64,000 nucleotides of DNA from Bacteroidota bacterium (GTDB taxonomy: Bacteria > Bacteroidota > Bacteroidia > Bacteroidales > CAIWKO01), in NCBI GenBank assembly GCA_037128515.1, contig JBAXWF010000002.1, positions 49,586-113,585 of the forward strand, written 5' to 3'. The position numbers and the translations under genes were made by a program. The notes beneath the pieces are model-generated. The model was not told the origin of the DNA and did no database searches. It saw only the letters and a list, made by a program, of their open reading frames with translations. Shown piece after piece: positions 26,790 to 38,791 of this stretch. How positions within the stretch are numbered: the first letter of the stretch is position 1; each line of letters opens with the position of its first letter.

Positions 26790-27419
26790 ATGTCAGGGTT
26801 AATAGGAAAGAAGATTGGAATGACCAGTATTTTCGATGAAGCAGGGAAAAATATCCCATGCACGGTTATTGAAGCTGGTCCTTGCGTTGTAACGCAGGTA
26901 TTAACAAAAGAAATAAATGGCTATGATGCAATTCAGTTGTCTTTTGATGAAAAGAAGGAACGCCGAACCAACAAACCAATGAAAGGTCATTTTGCAAAAG
27001 CCGGTACGACTCCTAAAAAAGTACTTGCCGAATTTTCGAGGTTTGAAGAAGACCATCGGAAAACTTTTGGAGAGGTTTTAACTGTAGAGGTTTTTAATGA
27101 AGGTGAATATATTGATGTGGTAGGAACATCCAAAGGCAAAGGTTTTCAAGGCGTGGTAAAACGTCATGGTTTTGGTGGTGTTGGTGAAAAAACTCACGGA
27201 CAACATGACCGTTTGAGAGCTCCCGGTTCAATTGGTGCATCATCTTATCCTTCACGCGTTTTTAAAGGATTAAGAATGGCTGGAAGAATGGGTAATGATA
27301 GAGTAAAAGTTATCAATAGTCAGGTAATAAAACTTATTCCTGAAAAAAACCTTATTTTAGTTAAAGGGTCCGTTCCAGGCGCAAAAGGTTCATATTTAAA
27401 GATTGAGAGATGGAGTTAG
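26790..27419 (+). CDS. rplC: 50S ribosomal protein L3
   Basis: Conserved L3 sequence and S10-operon order. Confidence 0.95.
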   Translation: MSGLIGKKIGMTSIFDEAGKNIPCTVIEAGPCVVTQVLTKEINGYDAIQLSFDEKKERRTNKPMKGHFAKAGTTPKKVLAEFSRFEEDHRKTFGEVLTVEVFNEGEYIDVVGTSKGKGFQGVVKRHGFGGVGEKTHGQHDRLRAPGSIGASSYPSRVFKGLRMAGRMGNDRVKVINSQVIKLIPEKNLILVKGSVPGAKGSYLKIERWS

Positions 27420-28039
27420 TAGTATATAAAACAGACGGTAGCAAAACTACCAAAAAAGTGGCTTTAGACGATACCATATTTGGTATTGATCCGAATGATC
27501 ATGCAATTTATCTTGATGTAAAACAATTTTTGGCAAACAGACGTCAAGGAACTCATAGTTCAAAAGAGCGTTCACAAATGTCGGGAAGTACAAAAAAATT
27601 GAAACGTCAAAAAGGTACAGGTGGAGCACGTTCAGGTGATATTAATTCTCCTGTATTTGTTGGTGGCGCAAGGGCTTTCGGTCCGCATCCAAGAGTGTAT
27701 AATTTTAAATTGAATAAAAAAGTAAAGCAACTTGCTCGTAAGTCGGCTTTGACTTACAAAGCAAAAGAAAACCAAATAATGGTTCTCGAAGATTTCACTT
27801 TTGAAGAAGTAAAAACAAAAAGCTACTTGGAATTATTAAGCAAATTGAATTTGGCTGATAAAAAAACTTTGATGATACTTCCTTATGTTGACAATAATGT
27901 GTATTTATCATCACGGAATATTCAAAATTCAAAAGTTTTAACAGCTGCATCCATAAACACCTACGAAATTCTGAATGCATCAAATCTATTAATAATAGAA
28001 AGTTCCGTTCAGAAGATTAATGAAATGTTTCAAAAATAA
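27410..28039 (+). CDS. rplD: 50S ribosomal protein L4
   Basis: Conserved L4 sequence. Overlaps the rplC stop. Confidence 0.95.
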   Translation: MELVVYKTDGSKTTKKVALDDTIFGIDPNDHAIYLDVKQFLANRRQGTHSSKERSQMSGSTKKLKRQKGTGGARSGDINSPVFVGGARAFGPHPRVYNFKLNKKVKQLARKSALTYKAKENQIMVLEDFTFEEVKTKSYLELLSKLNLADKKTLMILPYVDNNVYLSSRNIQNSKVLTAASINTYEILNASNLLIIESSVQKINEMFQK

Positions 28040-28056
28040 TTAAAAAAAGCAGAACA

Positions 28057-28347
28057 ATGAGTATGATTATAAAGCCGGTAATTACAGAAAAAATGACGCA
28101 TTTGGGTGAAACACTCAATCGTTATGCTTTTCTGGTTGATAAAAAGGCCAATAAGCTACAGATTAAAAAAGCTGTTGAAGAATTTTACGAAGTGAAAGTT
28201 GAATCCGTAAATACGCTGAATTCAATGGGGAAATTAAAATCCCGTTATACAAAAGCAGGATACATTTCCGGACGTAAATTATCAACAAAAAAAGCTATAG
28301 TTACGTTAGCAAAAGGTGAAACAATAGATTTTTATAGCAATATTTAA
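28057..28347 (+). CDS. rplW: 50S ribosomal protein L23
   Basis: Conserved L23 sequence and operon order. Confidence 0.93.
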   Translation: MSMIIKPVITEKMTHLGETLNRYAFLVDKKANKLQIKKAVEEFYEVKVESVNTLNSMGKLKSRYTKAGYISGRKLSTKKAIVTLAKGETIDFYSNI

Positions 28348-28352
28348 TAAAA

Positions 28353-29177
28353 ATGGCATTAAAGAAACTAAAACCGACAACACCTAGTCAACGCTTCAAA
28401 GTAATAAGTACTTTTGACGAGATTACTACAAACAGACCAGAAAAGAGTTTATTGGTAAGTACCAAGAGATCGGGAGGTAGAGACAATACAGGAAAAATGA
28501 CCATGCGTTATATCGGTGGTGGTCATAAAAAACAATACAGAATTATTGATTTTAAACGCGATAAGGAAAATATACCAGCATCGGTTGTTTCAATTGAATA
28601 CGATCCAAACAGAAGTGCACGTATAGCATTACTATCATATGCTGATGGTGAGAAACGATACATCATTGCTGCTCAAGGAATGAAAGTTGGACAAAAGGTT
28701 GCATCAGGTAAAGGTGTTGCTCCTGAAGTAGGTAATTCTTTATATTTGAGTGAGATTCCTTTTGGAACAATCATTCATAATATTGAGCTTCGCCCCGGGG
28801 AGGGTGGAAAGATGGCTCGAGGAGCCGGTACTTTTGCTCAGTTGATGTCAAGAGATGGAAAATATGCTGTGGTCAAATTACCTTCGAGTGAAACACGATT
28901 GATCTTACAATCATGCAAAGCTACTGTGGGTATGGTTTCAAATCCCGATCATAATCTTGAAGTATCAGGAAAAGCTGGAAGATCAAGATGGCTTGGCCGT
29001 CGCCCAAGAAACAGAGGCGTTTCAATGAATCCGGTTGATCATCCCATGGGTGGTGGTGAAGGAAAAGCATCTGGTGGTTTGCCTAGAACAAGGAAAGGTA
29101 CACCTTCAAGAGGCTACAAAACCAGAGACAACAAGAAGATGTCGAATAAATACATTATCGAAAGAAGAAAGAAATAA
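28353..29177 (+). CDS. rplB: 50S ribosomal protein L2
   Basis: Conserved L2 sequence ([13 protein letters not shown]). Confidence 0.97.
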   Translation: MALKKLKPTTPSQRFKVISTFDEITTNRPEKSLLVSTKRSGGRDNTGKMTMRYIGGGHKKQYRIIDFKRDKENIPASVVSIEYDPNRSARIALLSYADGEKRYIIAAQGMKVGQKVASGKGVAPEVGNSLYLSEIPFGTIIHNIELRPGEGGKMARGAGTFAQLMSRDGKYAVVKLPSSETRLILQSCKATVGMVSNPDHNLEVSGKAGRSRWLGRRPRNRGVSMNPVDHPMGGGEGKASGGLPRTRKGTPSRGYKTRDNKKMSNKYIIERRKK

Positions 29178-29202
29178 ATAAGAACCAGTATAGTTTAAAA
29201 AT

Positions 29203-29475
29203 ATGAGTCGTTCGTTAAAAAAAGGTCCGTACATAAATTTCAAGCTGGAGAAAAAAATTCTTCAGATGACAGAATCAAATAAAAAAACATCTATCAAAAC
29301 TTGGTCGAGAGGTTCAATAATTTCTCCTGATTTTGTTGGGTTAACAGTATTGGTTCATAATGGAAATAAATTTATTCCGGTTTATGTGACGGAAAACATG
29401 GTAGGCCATAAATTAGGGGAATTTTCACCCACACGTATTTTTAGAGGTCATGCCGGTAACAAATCAAAAAAATAA
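29203..29475 (+). CDS. rpsS: 30S ribosomal protein S19
   Basis: Conserved S19 sequence ([10 protein letters not shown]). Confidence 0.96.
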   Translation: MSRSLKKGPYINFKLEKKILQMTESNKKTSIKTWSRGSIISPDFVGLTVLVHNGNKFIPVYVTENMVGHKLGEFSPTRIFRGHAGNKSKK

Positions 29476-29502
29476 ACAAACAGCTTCAAAATAGATAATA
29501 TC

Positions 29503-29961
29503 ATGGGAGAAAGAAAACGAATAAGTGCAAACAAAGCAAAAGAAGCTAGTAAGAAAAAATACTTTGCTCGTTTGGTAAATTGCCCCACATCACCAAGAAA
29601 AATGCGGTTGGTTGCAGATCAAATCAGACATATGAATGTGGATAAAGCATTGTTTTTGTTAAAAACATCACCAAAAGAAGCGTCTGGACGTTTGCACAAA
29701 CTTTTATTGTCGGCAATTTCAAATTGGCAAACTAAAAATGAAGGTGTTCGCATTGAAGATAGTAATTTATATGTAAAAGAAATTTTTGTTGATAGCGGAC
29801 GCCAATTAAAAAGAATTCAAGCTGCACCTCAAGGTCGTGCACATCGTGTAAAAAAACGCTCGAATCATGTTACCTTAGTTGTTGATAGTAGAGTTGCAGA
29901 GGTAACTCCTGTAGCTGAAGAGATCATTGTAAAAGCAAATAAAAAAGAAAAAACTAAATAA
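29503..29961 (+). CDS. rplV: 50S ribosomal protein L22 (with C-terminal extension)
   Basis: Conserved L22 core and operon order. Confidence 0.93.
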   Translation: MGERKRISANKAKEASKKKYFARLVNCPTSPRKMRLVADQIRHMNVDKALFLLKTSPKEASGRLHKLLLSAISNWQTKNEGVRIEDSNLYVKEIFVDSGRQLKRIQAAPQGRAHRVKKRSNHVTLVVDSRVAEVTPVAEEIIVKANKKEKTK

Positions 29962-29979
29962 TAAATAAATTTATACCAG

Positions 29980-30699
29980 ATGGGACAAAAAACAAATCCA
30001 ATAGGAATCAGATTAGGTATAATCAAAGGATGGGATTCTAATTGGTTCGGTGGAAAAAGTTTTGAAAGTAAACTGATTGAAGATAAAAAAATCAGAACGT
30101 ATTTAAATGCCCGTTTAGCAAAAGCCAGCATTTCAAAAATTATTATTGAGCGTACGTTGAAGCTTATCACTGTAACCATACATACTGCACGTCCAGGTAT
30201 CATTATTGGAAAAGGTGGTCAGGAAGTTGATAAACTGAAAGAAGAGTTGAAGAAGATCACCAATAAAGAAATTCAAATTAATATTAATGAAATTAAACGT
30301 CCGGAACTGGATGCAGTTTTAGTTGCACAGAATATTGCAAAACAAATTGAAGGCAGAATTTCATATCGTCGTGCTGTAAAAACCAGTGTAGCTTCTTCAA
30401 TGAGAATGGGTGCTGAAGGTATTAAAGTTCAATGTTCAGGGCGTATTGGAGGTGCTGAAATGGCTCGTACGGAAATTCATAAGGAAGGTCGTATTCCATT
30501 GCATACTTTACGTGCTGACATTGATTATGCTCTTGTTGAGTCTCACACTACCTACGGTCGCATTGGCGTAAAAGTTTGGATTTGTAAAGGGGAGATTTAT
30601 GGAAAAAGAGAAATCGTCCCCACATCAAACACCTTGAAGGTAAATAATCAAGATAATTCCGGTGGTAAAGACCAAGGAAGAAGAAGAAAAAGAAAATAG
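29980..30699 (+). CDS. rpsC: 30S ribosomal protein S3
   Basis: Conserved S3 sequence ([13 protein letters not shown]). Confidence 0.97.
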   Translation: MGQKTNPIGIRLGIIKGWDSNWFGGKSFESKLIEDKKIRTYLNARLAKASISKIIIERTLKLITVTIHTARPGIIIGKGGQEVDKLKEELKKITNKEIQININEIKRPELDAVLVAQNIAKQIEGRISYRRAVKTSVASSMRMGAEGIKVQCSGRIGGAEMARTEIHKEGRIPLHTLRADIDYALVESHTTYGRIGVKVWICKGEIYGKREIVPTSNTLKVNNQDNSGGKDQGRRRKRK

Positions 30700-30738
30700 T
30701 TTAAGAAAATTAGTGGTTAATTTTTAATACATACTGTA

Positions 30739-31161
30739 ATGTTACAGCCTAAAAAAACGAAATACAGGAAAATGCAAAAGCAACGCATGAAAGGTACTGC
30801 TCACCGTGGTCACCAAATTTCATTCGGCTCTTTTGCGATAAAAACTCTTGAAGAATATTGGATTACTGGTCGCCAGATTGAAGCAGCTCGTCAGGCCATC
30901 ACGCGTTATATGAAACGTGAAGGACAATTATGGATTAGAATATTTCCGGATAAACCGGTTACTAAAAAACCAGCCGAAGTTCGTATGGGAAAAGGTAAAG
31001 GTGCTTTGGAATATTATGTTGCCCGTGTTACACCCGGTAGAATTCTATTCGAAATTGATGGAGTTCCTTTTGATATTGCGAAAGAAGCATTACGTCTGGG
31101 TGCGCAAAAAATGCCAGTAGATACCAAATTTGTAATAAGAAGAGATTACGTAGAAGAATAA
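30739..31161 (+). CDS. rplP: 50S ribosomal protein L16
   Basis: Conserved L16 sequence ([11 protein letters not shown]). Confidence 0.96.
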   Translation: MLQPKKTKYRKMQKQRMKGTAHRGHQISFGSFAIKTLEEYWITGRQIEAARQAITRYMKREGQLWIRIFPDKPVTKKPAEVRMGKGKGALEYYVARVTPGRILFEIDGVPFDIAKEALRLGAQKMPVDTKFVIRRDYVEE

Positions 31162-31173
31162 AAAAATAAATCA

Positions 31174-31413
31174 ATGAAACATCAAGTAGTCAGAGAGCTT
31201 TCTACGATTGAACTTCGTGAAAGATTAGTGGAAGAAAAAAAGCAGTTTTTGAAACTTAAAATGAACCATGCGGTTTCTCCACTTGAAAATCCTATGAAAA
31301 TAAAGGATTATCAAAAAACAATTGCTCGTATGAATACAGAGCTTCGCAATAGAGTAATTCATGGGGAACCAAACATTGTTGAAGAAAGTACCAAGAAAAA
31401 CAACAAAAAGTAA
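31174..31413 (+). CDS. rpmC: 50S ribosomal protein L29 (extended C-terminus)
   Basis: L29-like helical N-terminal part and operon order. Confidence 0.88.
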   Translation: MKHQVVRELSTIELRERLVEEKKQFLKLKMNHAVSPLENPMKIKDYQKTIARMNTELRNRVIHGEPNIVEESTKKNNKK

Positions 31414-31422
31414 TAATTTGTT

Positions 31423-31677
31423 ATGGAACGTAATTTAAGAAAAGAAAAAACAGGTGTTGTTGTCAGCAATAAAATGCAAAATACGATTGTGGTTAATGTT
31501 GAAAGAAAGGTAATGCATCCTAAATATGGTAAGTTTGTGAAAAAAAATACCAAATTTATGGCTGATGATGAAAAGAACCAATGCAATATAGGCGACACCG
31601 TGCTTATTGCTGAGACGAAACCATTGAGTAAAAATAAATGTTGGCGCTTAGTAGAAATCATTGAAAGAGTAAAATAA
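31423..31677 (+). CDS. rpsQ: 30S ribosomal protein S17
   Basis: Conserved S17 sequence and operon order. Confidence 0.94.
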   Translation: MERNLRKEKTGVVVSNKMQNTIVVNVERKVMHPKYGKFVKKNTKFMADDEKNQCNIGDTVLIAETKPLSKNKCWRLVEIIERVK

Positions 31678-31679
31678 CT

Positions 31680-32048
31680 ATGATACAGCAAGAATCAAGA
31701 TTAATTGTAGCAGACAACAGTGGTGCCAAAGAGGTGCTCTGTATCAGGGTGCTCGGCGGAACAAAAAGAAGATATGCTTCAGTAGGTGATAAAATTATCG
31801 TTACTGTTAAAAGTGCAATCCCCGCTGGTAATATAAAAAAAGGGACAGTAAGTAAAGCTGTGGTTGTTAGAACGAAAAAAGAAGTAAGACGAAATGACGG
31901 TTCTTATATTCGCTTTGACGATAATGCTGTTGTATTGTTAACAGCTACTGACGAATTGCGAGGAACACGTATTTTCGGACCCGTTGCTCGAGAACTTAGA
32001 GAAAAACAATACATGAAAATTGTATCACTAGCACCTGAAGTGCTTTAA
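31680..32048 (+). CDS. rplN: 50S ribosomal protein L14
   Basis: Conserved L14 sequence ([17 protein letters not shown]). Confidence 0.97.
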   Translation: MIQQESRLIVADNSGAKEVLCIRVLGGTKRRYASVGDKIIVTVKSAIPAGNIKKGTVSKAVVVRTKKEVRRNDGSYIRFDDNAVVLLTATDELRGTRIFGPVARELREKQYMKIVSLAPEVL

Positions 32049-32059
32049 AAAATAATTAT

Positions 32060-32389
32060 ATGCGACCGAAATTACATATTAAAAAAGGCGATACAGTAAC
32101 TGTTATAGCCGGAGATTCGAAAGGTCAACAAGGCAAGGTGCTTAAAGTATTAATCGAAAAAAACAAAGCTATTGTTGAAGGTGTTAACCTGATTTCGAAA
32201 CATACTAAACCCAATGCTAAAAATACCAAAGGTGGTATCTTGAAAAAGGAATCTTTTATACATGCATCAAATCTTATGGTTCATGATTCTTCTGGGAAAC
32301 CTACACGGATTGGAAGAAAGATTGATGAAAAAACGGGTAAATTAGTTAGATATTCAAAAAAATCTGAAAAAAAGGAGACAATTAAGTGA
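32060..32389 (+). CDS. rplX: 50S ribosomal protein L24
   Basis: KOW motif ([16 protein letters not shown]). Confidence 0.94.
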   Translation: MRPKLHIKKGDTVTVIAGDSKGQQGKVLKVLIEKNKAIVEGVNLISKHTKPNAKNTKGGILKKESFIHASNLMVHDSSGKPTRIGRKIDEKTGKLVRYSKKSEKKETIK

Positions 32390-32943
32390 TGGACTATCAA
32401 CCAAGGCTCAAAGGAAAATATCACAAAGAAATTGTTCCAGCTTTAACACAACAATTTCAATATAAAAATCAAATGCAAGTGCCAAAATTGCTGAAAATTT
32501 GTCTGAATCAAGGAGTTGGCGGAGCTATTGCTGATAAAAAGATAATTGATGTTGCAGTGGATGAAATGGCAATGATTACTGGTCAAAAAGCTGTTCAAAC
32601 AAAATCGAAAAAAGATATTTCGAATTTTAAACTCAGAAAAGGTATGCCTATTGGCGTTAGAGTTACTCTTCGAAGTGAAAAAATGTACGAATTTCTTGAT
32701 CGGTTGATTTCAGTTACCATTCCTCGTATCCGCGATTTTCGTGGAATAAATGATAAAGGATTTGACGGAAGAGGCAATTTTTCATTCGGAATAACTGAAC
32801 AAATTATTTTTCCTGAAATTAATATTGATAAAATAAACAAAATTAATGGATTGGATATAACCTTTGTAACATCTGCTCCAACCGATAAAGAAGCATATGC
32901 ATTATTAAAAGAATTTGGCTTACCATTTAAAAATCAAAAATAG
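32389..32943 (+). CDS. rplE: 50S ribosomal protein L5 (start ATG 32389, or GTG 32386)
   Basis: Conserved L5 sequence. Overlaps the rplX stop. Confidence 0.94.
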   Translation: MDYQPRLKGKYHKEIVPALTQQFQYKNQMQVPKLLKICLNQGVGGAIADKKIIDVAVDEMAMITGQKAVQTKSKKDISNFKLRKGMPIGVRVTLRSEKMYEFLDRLISVTIPRIRDFRGINDKGFDGRGNFSFGITEQIIFPEINIDKINKINGLDITFVTSAPTDKEAYALLKEFGLPFKNQK

Positions 32944-32944
32944 C

Positions 32945-33214
32945 ATGGCAAAAGAATCAATTAAAGCACGTGAACTGAAAAGAGAAAAACTTCACGAACA
33001 ATATAAAGAGAAAAGACTTGAATTAAAGAAGGCAGGTGATTATATAGCGTTACAAAAATTACCTAAAAATTCTTCGCCGGTACGTTTACACAACAGATGT
33101 CAAATTACGGGTCGTCCGAAAGGATATATGCGCCAATTTGGAATTTCTCGTATTAACTTTCGCGAGATGGCTTTAGCTGGTCTTATCCCTGGTGTTAAAA
33201 AAGCAAGTTGGTAA
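32945..33214 (+). CDS. rpsN: 30S ribosomal protein S14 (long, Zn-independent type)
   Basis: Start at [10 protein letters not shown]. Conserved C-terminal [14 protein letters not shown]. Confidence 0.93.
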   Translation: MAKESIKARELKREKLHEQYKEKRLELKKAGDYIALQKLPKNSSPVRLHNRCQITGRPKGYMRQFGISRINFREMALAGLIPGVKKASW

Positions 33215-33251
33215 AAAAAAAGAGTAGTAATAACAGAAAAAATATAAAGCA

Positions 33252-33650
33252 ATGAATACTGATCCTATTTCAGATTATTTAACCAGAATTAGAAATGCTG
33301 TGATGGCAAACCATAGAATGGTTGAAATACCTGCTTCAAATCTGAAAAAAAGTATGACAAAAATTCTTTTTGAAAAAGGATATATCCTGAACTATAAATT
33401 TGAGGATGAAACAAAACCCGGAACTATAAAAATTGCATTAAAATATCATCCAACATCCAAAGTATCTGCTATTTCAAACTTGCAAAGAGTAAGTAGCCCC
33501 GGATTGAGACAATATGTTAATGCAGATGAAATGCCTAGAGTGCTTAATGGACTCGGAATAGCTATTATTTCGACTTCAAAAGGTGTAATGACAGATAAAG
33601 AAGCCAGAACATTAAAAGTGGGTGGTGAAGTAATTTGCTACATTAGTTAA
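33252..33650 (+). CDS. rpsH: 30S ribosomal protein S8
   Basis: Conserved S8 sequence ([13 protein letters not shown]). Confidence 0.96.
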   Translation: MNTDPISDYLTRIRNAVMANHRMVEIPASNLKKSMTKILFEKGYILNYKFEDETKPGTIKIALKYHPTSKVSAISNLQRVSSPGLRQYVNADEMPRVLNGLGIAIISTSKGVMTDKEARTLKVGGEVICYIS

Positions 33651-33668
33651 TATTGAGGAGAAAATAGA

Positions 33669-34220
33669 ATGTCACGTATAGGAAAATTACCAATCGCACT
33701 GCCTAAACAAGTAAACATCAGTATCTCTGATGAGAATCTTGTAACTGTTAAAGGTCCAAAAGGCGAATTACAACAAATAGTTAATCCAAATATCACTGTT
33801 AGAGTTGAATCGGAAAATATTATTGTGGAAAGAGCAAACGATAATGTAAAAGCAGAACATGGCTTATATCGGTCGCTAATTGCTAACATGGTTCATGGGG
33901 TTTCGGAAGGATTTAAAATTGAGCAGGAGCTTATTGGGGTGGGATATAAAGCAGATGCTCAAAATAATGTTTTAGAATTGGCATTGGGTTATTCTCACAA
34001 CTTTTTCATTGAATTACCTTCAGAAGTAAAAGTATCAACAATCAATGAGAGAGGAAAACCTCCAACAATTATATTAGAATCAAACGATAAACAACTTATT
34101 GGTCAAGTTGCTGCAAAAATTCGTTCTCTAAGAAAACCTGAACCATACAAAGGTAAAGGTATACGTTTTAAAAATGAAATTATTAGAAAGAAAGCCGGCA
34201 AATCAGCCGTTCAGAAATAA
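33669..34220 (+). CDS. rplF: 50S ribosomal protein L6
   Basis: Conserved L6 sequence (MSRIGKLPI). Confidence 0.96.
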   Translation: MSRIGKLPIALPKQVNISISDENLVTVKGPKGELQQIVNPNITVRVESENIIVERANDNVKAEHGLYRSLIANMVHGVSEGFKIEQELIGVGYKADAQNNVLELALGYSHNFFIELPSEVKVSTINERGKPPTIILESNDKQLIGQVAAKIRSLRKPEPYKGKGIRFKNEIIRKKAGKSAVQK

Positions 34221-34247
34221 ATGTTAAAAATTAAAACTCTTTGAGTA

Positions 34248-34610
34248 ATGGCAATAAAAGATTTCAAAGAATACAGACGGTTAAGGATCAAACAGAGGAT
34301 CAGGAAGATCGTAAAAGGTACTGCAGAACGTCCGAGAATGTCGGTTTTTAGAAGCAATACCAATATATATGTTCAATTAATTGACGATGAAGCAAAAAAA
34401 ACGATTATTGCAGCATCATCAGTGGAACCGGAAATTGCATCTGCAAAAGTGACTAAAATTGAAAAGGCAAAATTAGTTGGTAAAATTTTTGCACAAAAAG
34501 CAATCGAAGCCGGTATCTCTGCCGTTGTATTCGACAGAGGTGGATACTTGTATCATGGTAGAATAAAATCATTAGCTGATTCAGCCAGAGAAGCTGGTTT
34601 AAAATTTTAA
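34248..34610 (+). CDS. rplR: 50S ribosomal protein L18
   Basis: Conserved L18 sequence ([26 protein letters not shown]). Confidence 0.95.
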   Translation: MAIKDFKEYRRLRIKQRIRKIVKGTAERPRMSVFRSNTNIYVQLIDDEAKKTIIAASSVEPEIASAKVTKIEKAKLVGKIFAQKAIEAGISAVVFDRGGYLYHGRIKSLADSAREAGLKF

Positions 34611-34616
34611 TAATAT

Positions 34617-35135
34617 ATGTCAAACGCAAATATAAAAAGAGTTAAGTCAAGCGAAATCGAGTTTAAGGACAGATTAGTTAGCATCCAAAGAGTAACAAAA
34701 GTTACTAAAGGAGGTAGAACATTCAGCTTTTCAGCTATCGTTGTTGTTGGAAACGAAAATGGAGTTGTTGGATATGGTTTGGGGAAAGCAAAAGAAGTTA
34801 CGGCTGCAATTGCAAAAGGGATTGATGATGCCAAGAAGAATCTGATAAAAGTGCCTGTTTTCAATGGAACAGTTCCCCATGAACAATATGGTAAATACAG
34901 TGGTGCTTATATCTTTCTAAAACCTGCTGCTCCAGGTACCGGTGTCATTGCCGGCGGTGCTATGCGCGCAGTTTTGGAAAGTGTTGGAGTTAAGAACGTT
35001 TTGGCAAAATCAAAAGGTTCTTCAAATCCTCATAGTGTTGTAAAAGCTACCATGGATGCTTTGATTAAAATGAAAGATCCATATACGGTTGCTCAATTAA
35101 GAGGTTTGTCATTAAGCAGAGTTTTTAACGGATAA
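34617..35135 (+). CDS. rpsE: 30S ribosomal protein S5
   Basis: Conserved S5 sequence ([15 protein letters not shown]). Confidence 0.96.
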   Translation: MSNANIKRVKSSEIEFKDRLVSIQRVTKVTKGGRTFSFSAIVVVGNENGVVGYGLGKAKEVTAAIAKGIDDAKKNLIKVPVFNGTVPHEQYGKYSGAYIFLKPAAPGTGVIAGGAMRAVLESVGVKNVLAKSKGSSNPHSVVKATMDALIKMKDPYTVAQLRGLSLSRVFNG

Positions 35136-35155
35136 TTGCTTTGAAAAAGAAAAAT

Positions 35156-35335
35156 ATGAAGAAAATAAGAGTTACCCAAATTAAAAGTGGTATTGATAGA
35201 AATGCTGATCAGAAAAGAACGCTGATAGCATTAGGACTAAAAAAAATGCATCAAACAATTGAAGTTGAAGCTACACCACAAATCGAAGGAATGATTAGAA
35301 AGATTAGTCATTTATTATCAGTTGAAGAAATTTAA
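35156..35335 (+). CDS. rpmD: 50S ribosomal protein L30
   Basis: Start chosen at MKKIRVTQIKS. Operon order fits. Confidence 0.9.
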   Translation: MKKIRVTQIKSGIDRNADQKRTLIALGLKKMHQTIEVEATPQIEGMIRKISHLLSVEEI

Positions 35336-35361
35336 TTTTAAGATATTTAATCATACATACA

Positions 35362-35808
35362 ATGGACTTAAGTAATCTGAAACCGGCAAAGGGATCAACA
35401 AAAAAATGCAAACGAATCGGAAGAGGTCAAGGCTCTGGTAGAGGTGGTACTTCAACAAGAGGAAATAAGGGTGCACAATCTAGATCTGGTTATTCTAGAA
35501 AATTAGCTTTTGAAGGCGGTCAAATGCCGTTAATCAGAAGAATTCCTAAATTTGGATTCACTAATTTTAATAGAGTTGAATATAGCGGTATCAACATAGA
35601 TACGCTTCAAAAACTTGCTGAAACAAAAAACCTAAATACAATTGATATAAGTGTTCTTATTGACAACGGACTAGCTTCAAAAAACGATTTAATAAAAATT
35701 CTTGGCAGAGGTGCTTTAACTATCAAACTTGATGTTACGGCGCATGCATTTTCAGCTACTGCAATAAAGATTATCGAAGGACAAGGTGGAACAGCAACAA
35801 AACTTTAA
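35362..35808 (+). CDS. rplO: 50S ribosomal protein L15
   Basis: Conserved L15 sequence (GRGQGSGRGGTSTRG). Confidence 0.95.
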   Translation: MDLSNLKPAKGSTKKCKRIGRGQGSGRGGTSTRGNKGAQSRSGYSRKLAFEGGQMPLIRRIPKFGFTNFNRVEYSGINIDTLQKLAETKNLNTIDISVLIDNGLASKNDLIKILGRGALTIKLDVTAHAFSATAIKIIEGQGGTATKL

Positions 35809-35811
35809 TTA

Positions 35812-37179
35812 ATGAAACGGCTAATTGAAACAATAAAGAATATATATAGGATTGAGGATCTTCGTAAAAGGATAATTTTTACTTTAGGTATTATCTTGAT
35901 TTACCGCCTAGGTTCTTATATAGTTTTGCCCGGTATTGACCCTCATATGTTAGACGCTTTGAAAAAACAAAGCAATGATGGTTTGCTTGGATTACTAAAT
36001 ATGTTTTCAGGTGGAGCATTTTCGAATGCATCTATTTTTGCTTTGGGTATTATGCCGTATATCTCAGCATCTATTGTTGTTCAATTATTAGGAATGGCAA
36101 TACCTTATTTCCAAAAACTTCAAAAAGAAGGTGAATCAGGGAGGAAGAAAATTAATCAAATTACACGTTTCTTGACAGTCATCATTACTGCTGCTCAGGC
36201 ACCTGCATATATTGGAAATATTACAAATCAGTTGCCAAGTGAAGCTGTATATCCATTTATGCCTGAAACTGCTCCATCATTATTTTTCTGGGTTTCCTCG
36301 GTTGTTATTCTCGTTTCAGGAACTATGTTTGTTATGTGGCTTGGTGAGAAGATAACAGACAAGGGTGTTGGTAACGGAATTTCGCTAATTATTATGATTG
36401 GTATCATTGCTCGTTTGCCTTTTGCTCTTGTTGGAGAATTTGTATCACGAATGGAGCAGCAAGGAGGAGGGTTGATAATTTTTGTATTGGAATTGGTAGT
36501 TTTAGTGGTAGTTATTTTAGTTTGTATATTGTTAGTTCAAGGGACAAGAAGAATTCCTGTGCAGTATGCTAAACGAATTGTAGGTAATAAACAATATGGA
36601 GGTGTTCGTCAATACATTCCTTTAAAGGTAAATGCTGCAGGAGTAATGCCTATTATTTTTGCTCAAGCAATTATGTTTATTCCAATAACATTAGCTGGTT
36701 TTACCAACATTGAAGCGTTATCTGGAATTGCAAGAACATTTTCTGATTTTAACGGATTTTGGTATAATTTTACTTTTGCTTTATTTATTATTGCTTTTAC
36801 ATACTTCTATACGGCCATAACAATTAATCCAAATCAAATGGCCGATGATATGAAAAAAAATGGAGGTTTCATTCCGGGCATAAAACCTGGTAAGAAAACG
36901 GCCGAGTTTATTGATAATGTTATGTCAAGAATTACATTACCAGGTTCGATTTTTCTAGCATTTGTTGCTATAATGCCTTCTATTGTGAAACTTATGGGCG
37001 TTAATTCACAGTTTGCACAGTTTTTTGGTGGTACATCGCTTTTAATATTGGTTGGTGTTGTACTTGATACTTTGCAACAAATAGAGAGTTATTTATTAAT
37101 GCGTCATTATGATGGATTAACAAAATCTGGGAGGATTAAAGGTCGTAGTTCGGCAGGATATGGTCAGGCATCGTTATAA
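35812..37179 (+). CDS. secY: preprotein translocase subunit SecY
   Basis: 455-aa, 10-TM protein with conserved SecY motifs, at the end of the spc operon. Confidence 0.96.
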   Translation: MKRLIETIKNIYRIEDLRKRIIFTLGIILIYRLGSYIVLPGIDPHMLDALKKQSNDGLLGLLNMFSGGAFSNASIFALGIMPYISASIVVQLLGMAIPYFQKLQKEGESGRKKINQITRFLTVIITAAQAPAYIGNITNQLPSEAVYPFMPETAPSLFFWVSSVVILVSGTMFVMWLGEKITDKGVGNGISLIIMIGIIARLPFALVGEFVSRMEQQGGGLIIFVLELVVLVVVILVCILLVQGTRRIPVQYAKRIVGNKQYGGVRQYIPLKVNAAGVMPIIFAQAIMFIPITLAGFTNIEALSGIARTFSDFNGFWYNFTFALFIIAFTYFYTAITINPNQMADDMKKNGGFIPGIKPGKKTAEFIDNVMSRITLPGSIFLAFVAIMPSIVKLMGVNSQFAQFFGGTSLLILVGVVLDTLQQIESYLLMRHYDGLTKSGRIKGRSSAGYGQASL

Positions 37180-37197
37180 CAATTATTGTGTTATAAG

Positions 37198-37989
37198 ATG
37201 ATACATCTTAAATCTGAAAAGGAAATAGAATTAATAAAAAATAGTTCTTTGCTTGTTGGAAAAACTTTAGCTGAAGTAGCTAATTATCTGAAACCAGGTG
37301 TGAAAACGAAATTTCTTGATGGAATTGCTGAAGATTATATTAGAGCAAATGATGCAATTCCAGGGTTTAAATATTATAAGGGATATTCTGCAACTCTTTG
37401 CATTTCGGTTAATGATCAGGTAGTGCATGGTATTCCTGGAAATAATGAAGTTTTCGATGGAGACATTGTTTCTATAGATTGTGGAGTTATTAAAGATGGA
37501 TATTATGGTGATTCTGCTTATACTTTTGCTCTTGGCGAAGTAGACCCCAAAGTTTTACAGCTTCTCCGAATTACAAAAGAATCGTTGTATAAAGGAATTG
37601 AAATGGCAGTTGTTGGAAATCGAGTGGGTGATATTAGTTTTGCTATCCAAAAATATGTTGAAAAAAATGGATATACTGTGGTAAGGGAATTAGTTGGACA
37701 TGGAATTGGGAAGAGCTTGCATGAAGATCCTCAAGTGCCGAATTTTGGTTCTCGAGGTACTGGGGCGAAATTGTCGGAAGGTTTGGTAATTTGTATTGAA
37801 CCCATGATTAACCTTGGAAAAAAAGAAATAGTTCAGGAGAGAGATGGATGGACAATCAGAACTAAGGATGCGAAACCATCAGCTCATTTCGAACATCAGG
37901 TTGTTGTAAGAAAAAACCATTGTGAAGTTTTATCAACATTTGAGTACATTGAAAAAAATAAAAATGAATATATTCAAGTAATTTATTAA
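37198..37989 (+). CDS. map: type I methionyl aminopeptidase
   Basis: Start at [11 protein letters not shown]. Metal-ligand contexts [13 protein letters not shown] and CIEPM. Confidence 0.93.
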   Translation: MIHLKSEKEIELIKNSSLLVGKTLAEVANYLKPGVKTKFLDGIAEDYIRANDAIPGFKYYKGYSATLCISVNDQVVHGIPGNNEVFDGDIVSIDCGVIKDGYYGDSAYTFALGEVDPKVLQLLRITKESLYKGIEMAVVGNRVGDISFAIQKYVEKNGYTVVRELVGHGIGKSLHEDPQVPNFGSRGTGAKLSEGLVICIEPMINLGKKEIVQERDGWTIRTKDAKPSAHFEHQVVVRKNHCEVLSTFEYIEKNKNEYIQVIY

Positions 37990-37997
37990 TTAATAAT

Positions 37998-38216
37998 ATG
38001 TCAAAACAGAGTTCAATACAACAAGACGGAACGGTTCTAGAATCGCTAGGCAATGCCATGTTTCGTGTTGAACTGGAGAATGGTCATGTTATTATAGCAC
38101 ATATCTCAGGGAAAATGCGGATGCATTATATTAAAATATTACCGGGTGATAAAGTTCGTGTTGAAATATCACCATATGATTTAACAAAAGGAAGAATTAC
38201 ATTCAGATATAAATAA
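37998..38216 (+). CDS. infA: translation initiation factor IF-1
   Basis: Conserved IF-1 sequence ([16 protein letters not shown]). Confidence 0.96.
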   Translation: MSKQSSIQQDGTVLESLGNAMFRVELENGHVIIAHISGKMRMHYIKILPGDKVRVEISPYDLTKGRITFRYK

Positions 38217-38224
38217 TTATAGAG

Positions 38225-38340
38225 ATGAAAGTACGTGTATCAGTAAAAAAAAGAACCCCTGATTGCAAGATCATCAGAAGAAATGGAAGGGTTTATGTTA
38301 TCAATAAAAAAAACCCTAAATATAAACAAAGACAGGGTTG
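38225..38340 (+). pseudogene. rpmJ: 50S ribosomal protein L36, reading frame broken by an apparent 1-nt deletion (probable assembly indel)
   Basis: Frame 1 gives [19 protein letters not shown] up to 38281. The -1 frame gives [19 protein letters not shown], ending TGA 38338-38340. The span is 116 nt, and one extra A would give a canonical 38-aa L36. Confidence 0.85.
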
Positions 38341-38370
38341 ATATTTTTGAACAATATTAAAAAGTAATAT

Positions 38371-38751
38371 ATGGCAAGAATTGCAGGTATTGATTTACCA
38401 AAAAACAAAAGAGGAGTTATTGGGTTGACCTATATTTTCGGTATTGGCAGTAGCACTGCTCAGAAAATTTTAGTAGAAGCCGAAATTGATTTTAATAAAA
38501 AAGTAAGCGATTGGACTGATGCCGACCAAACCGCAATTCGTAATATCATTAACGAAAAGTATAAGGTTGAAGGTAACCTGAGATCTGAAGTTCAGATGAA
38601 TATTAAGCGATTGATGGATATTGGTTGTTATAGAGGTGTGAGGCATCGTGCAGGGTTACCTACAAGAGGACAAAGTACCAAAAACAATGCACGTACTCGT
38701 AAAGGAAAAAGAAAAACAGTAGCAAACAAGAAAAAAGCTGCTAAAGGTTAA
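38371..38751 (+). CDS. rpsM: 30S ribosomal protein S13
   Basis: Conserved S13 sequence ([10 protein letters not shown]). Confidence 0.96.
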   Translation: MARIAGIDLPKNKRGVIGLTYIFGIGSSTAQKILVEAEIDFNKKVSDWTDADQTAIRNIINEKYKVEGNLRSEVQMNIKRLMDIGCYRGVRHRAGLPTRGQSTKNNARTRKGKRKTVANKKKAAKG

Positions 38752-38791
38752 AAATTAATTATTATATAATAACAGAAATCTATAATAAATT

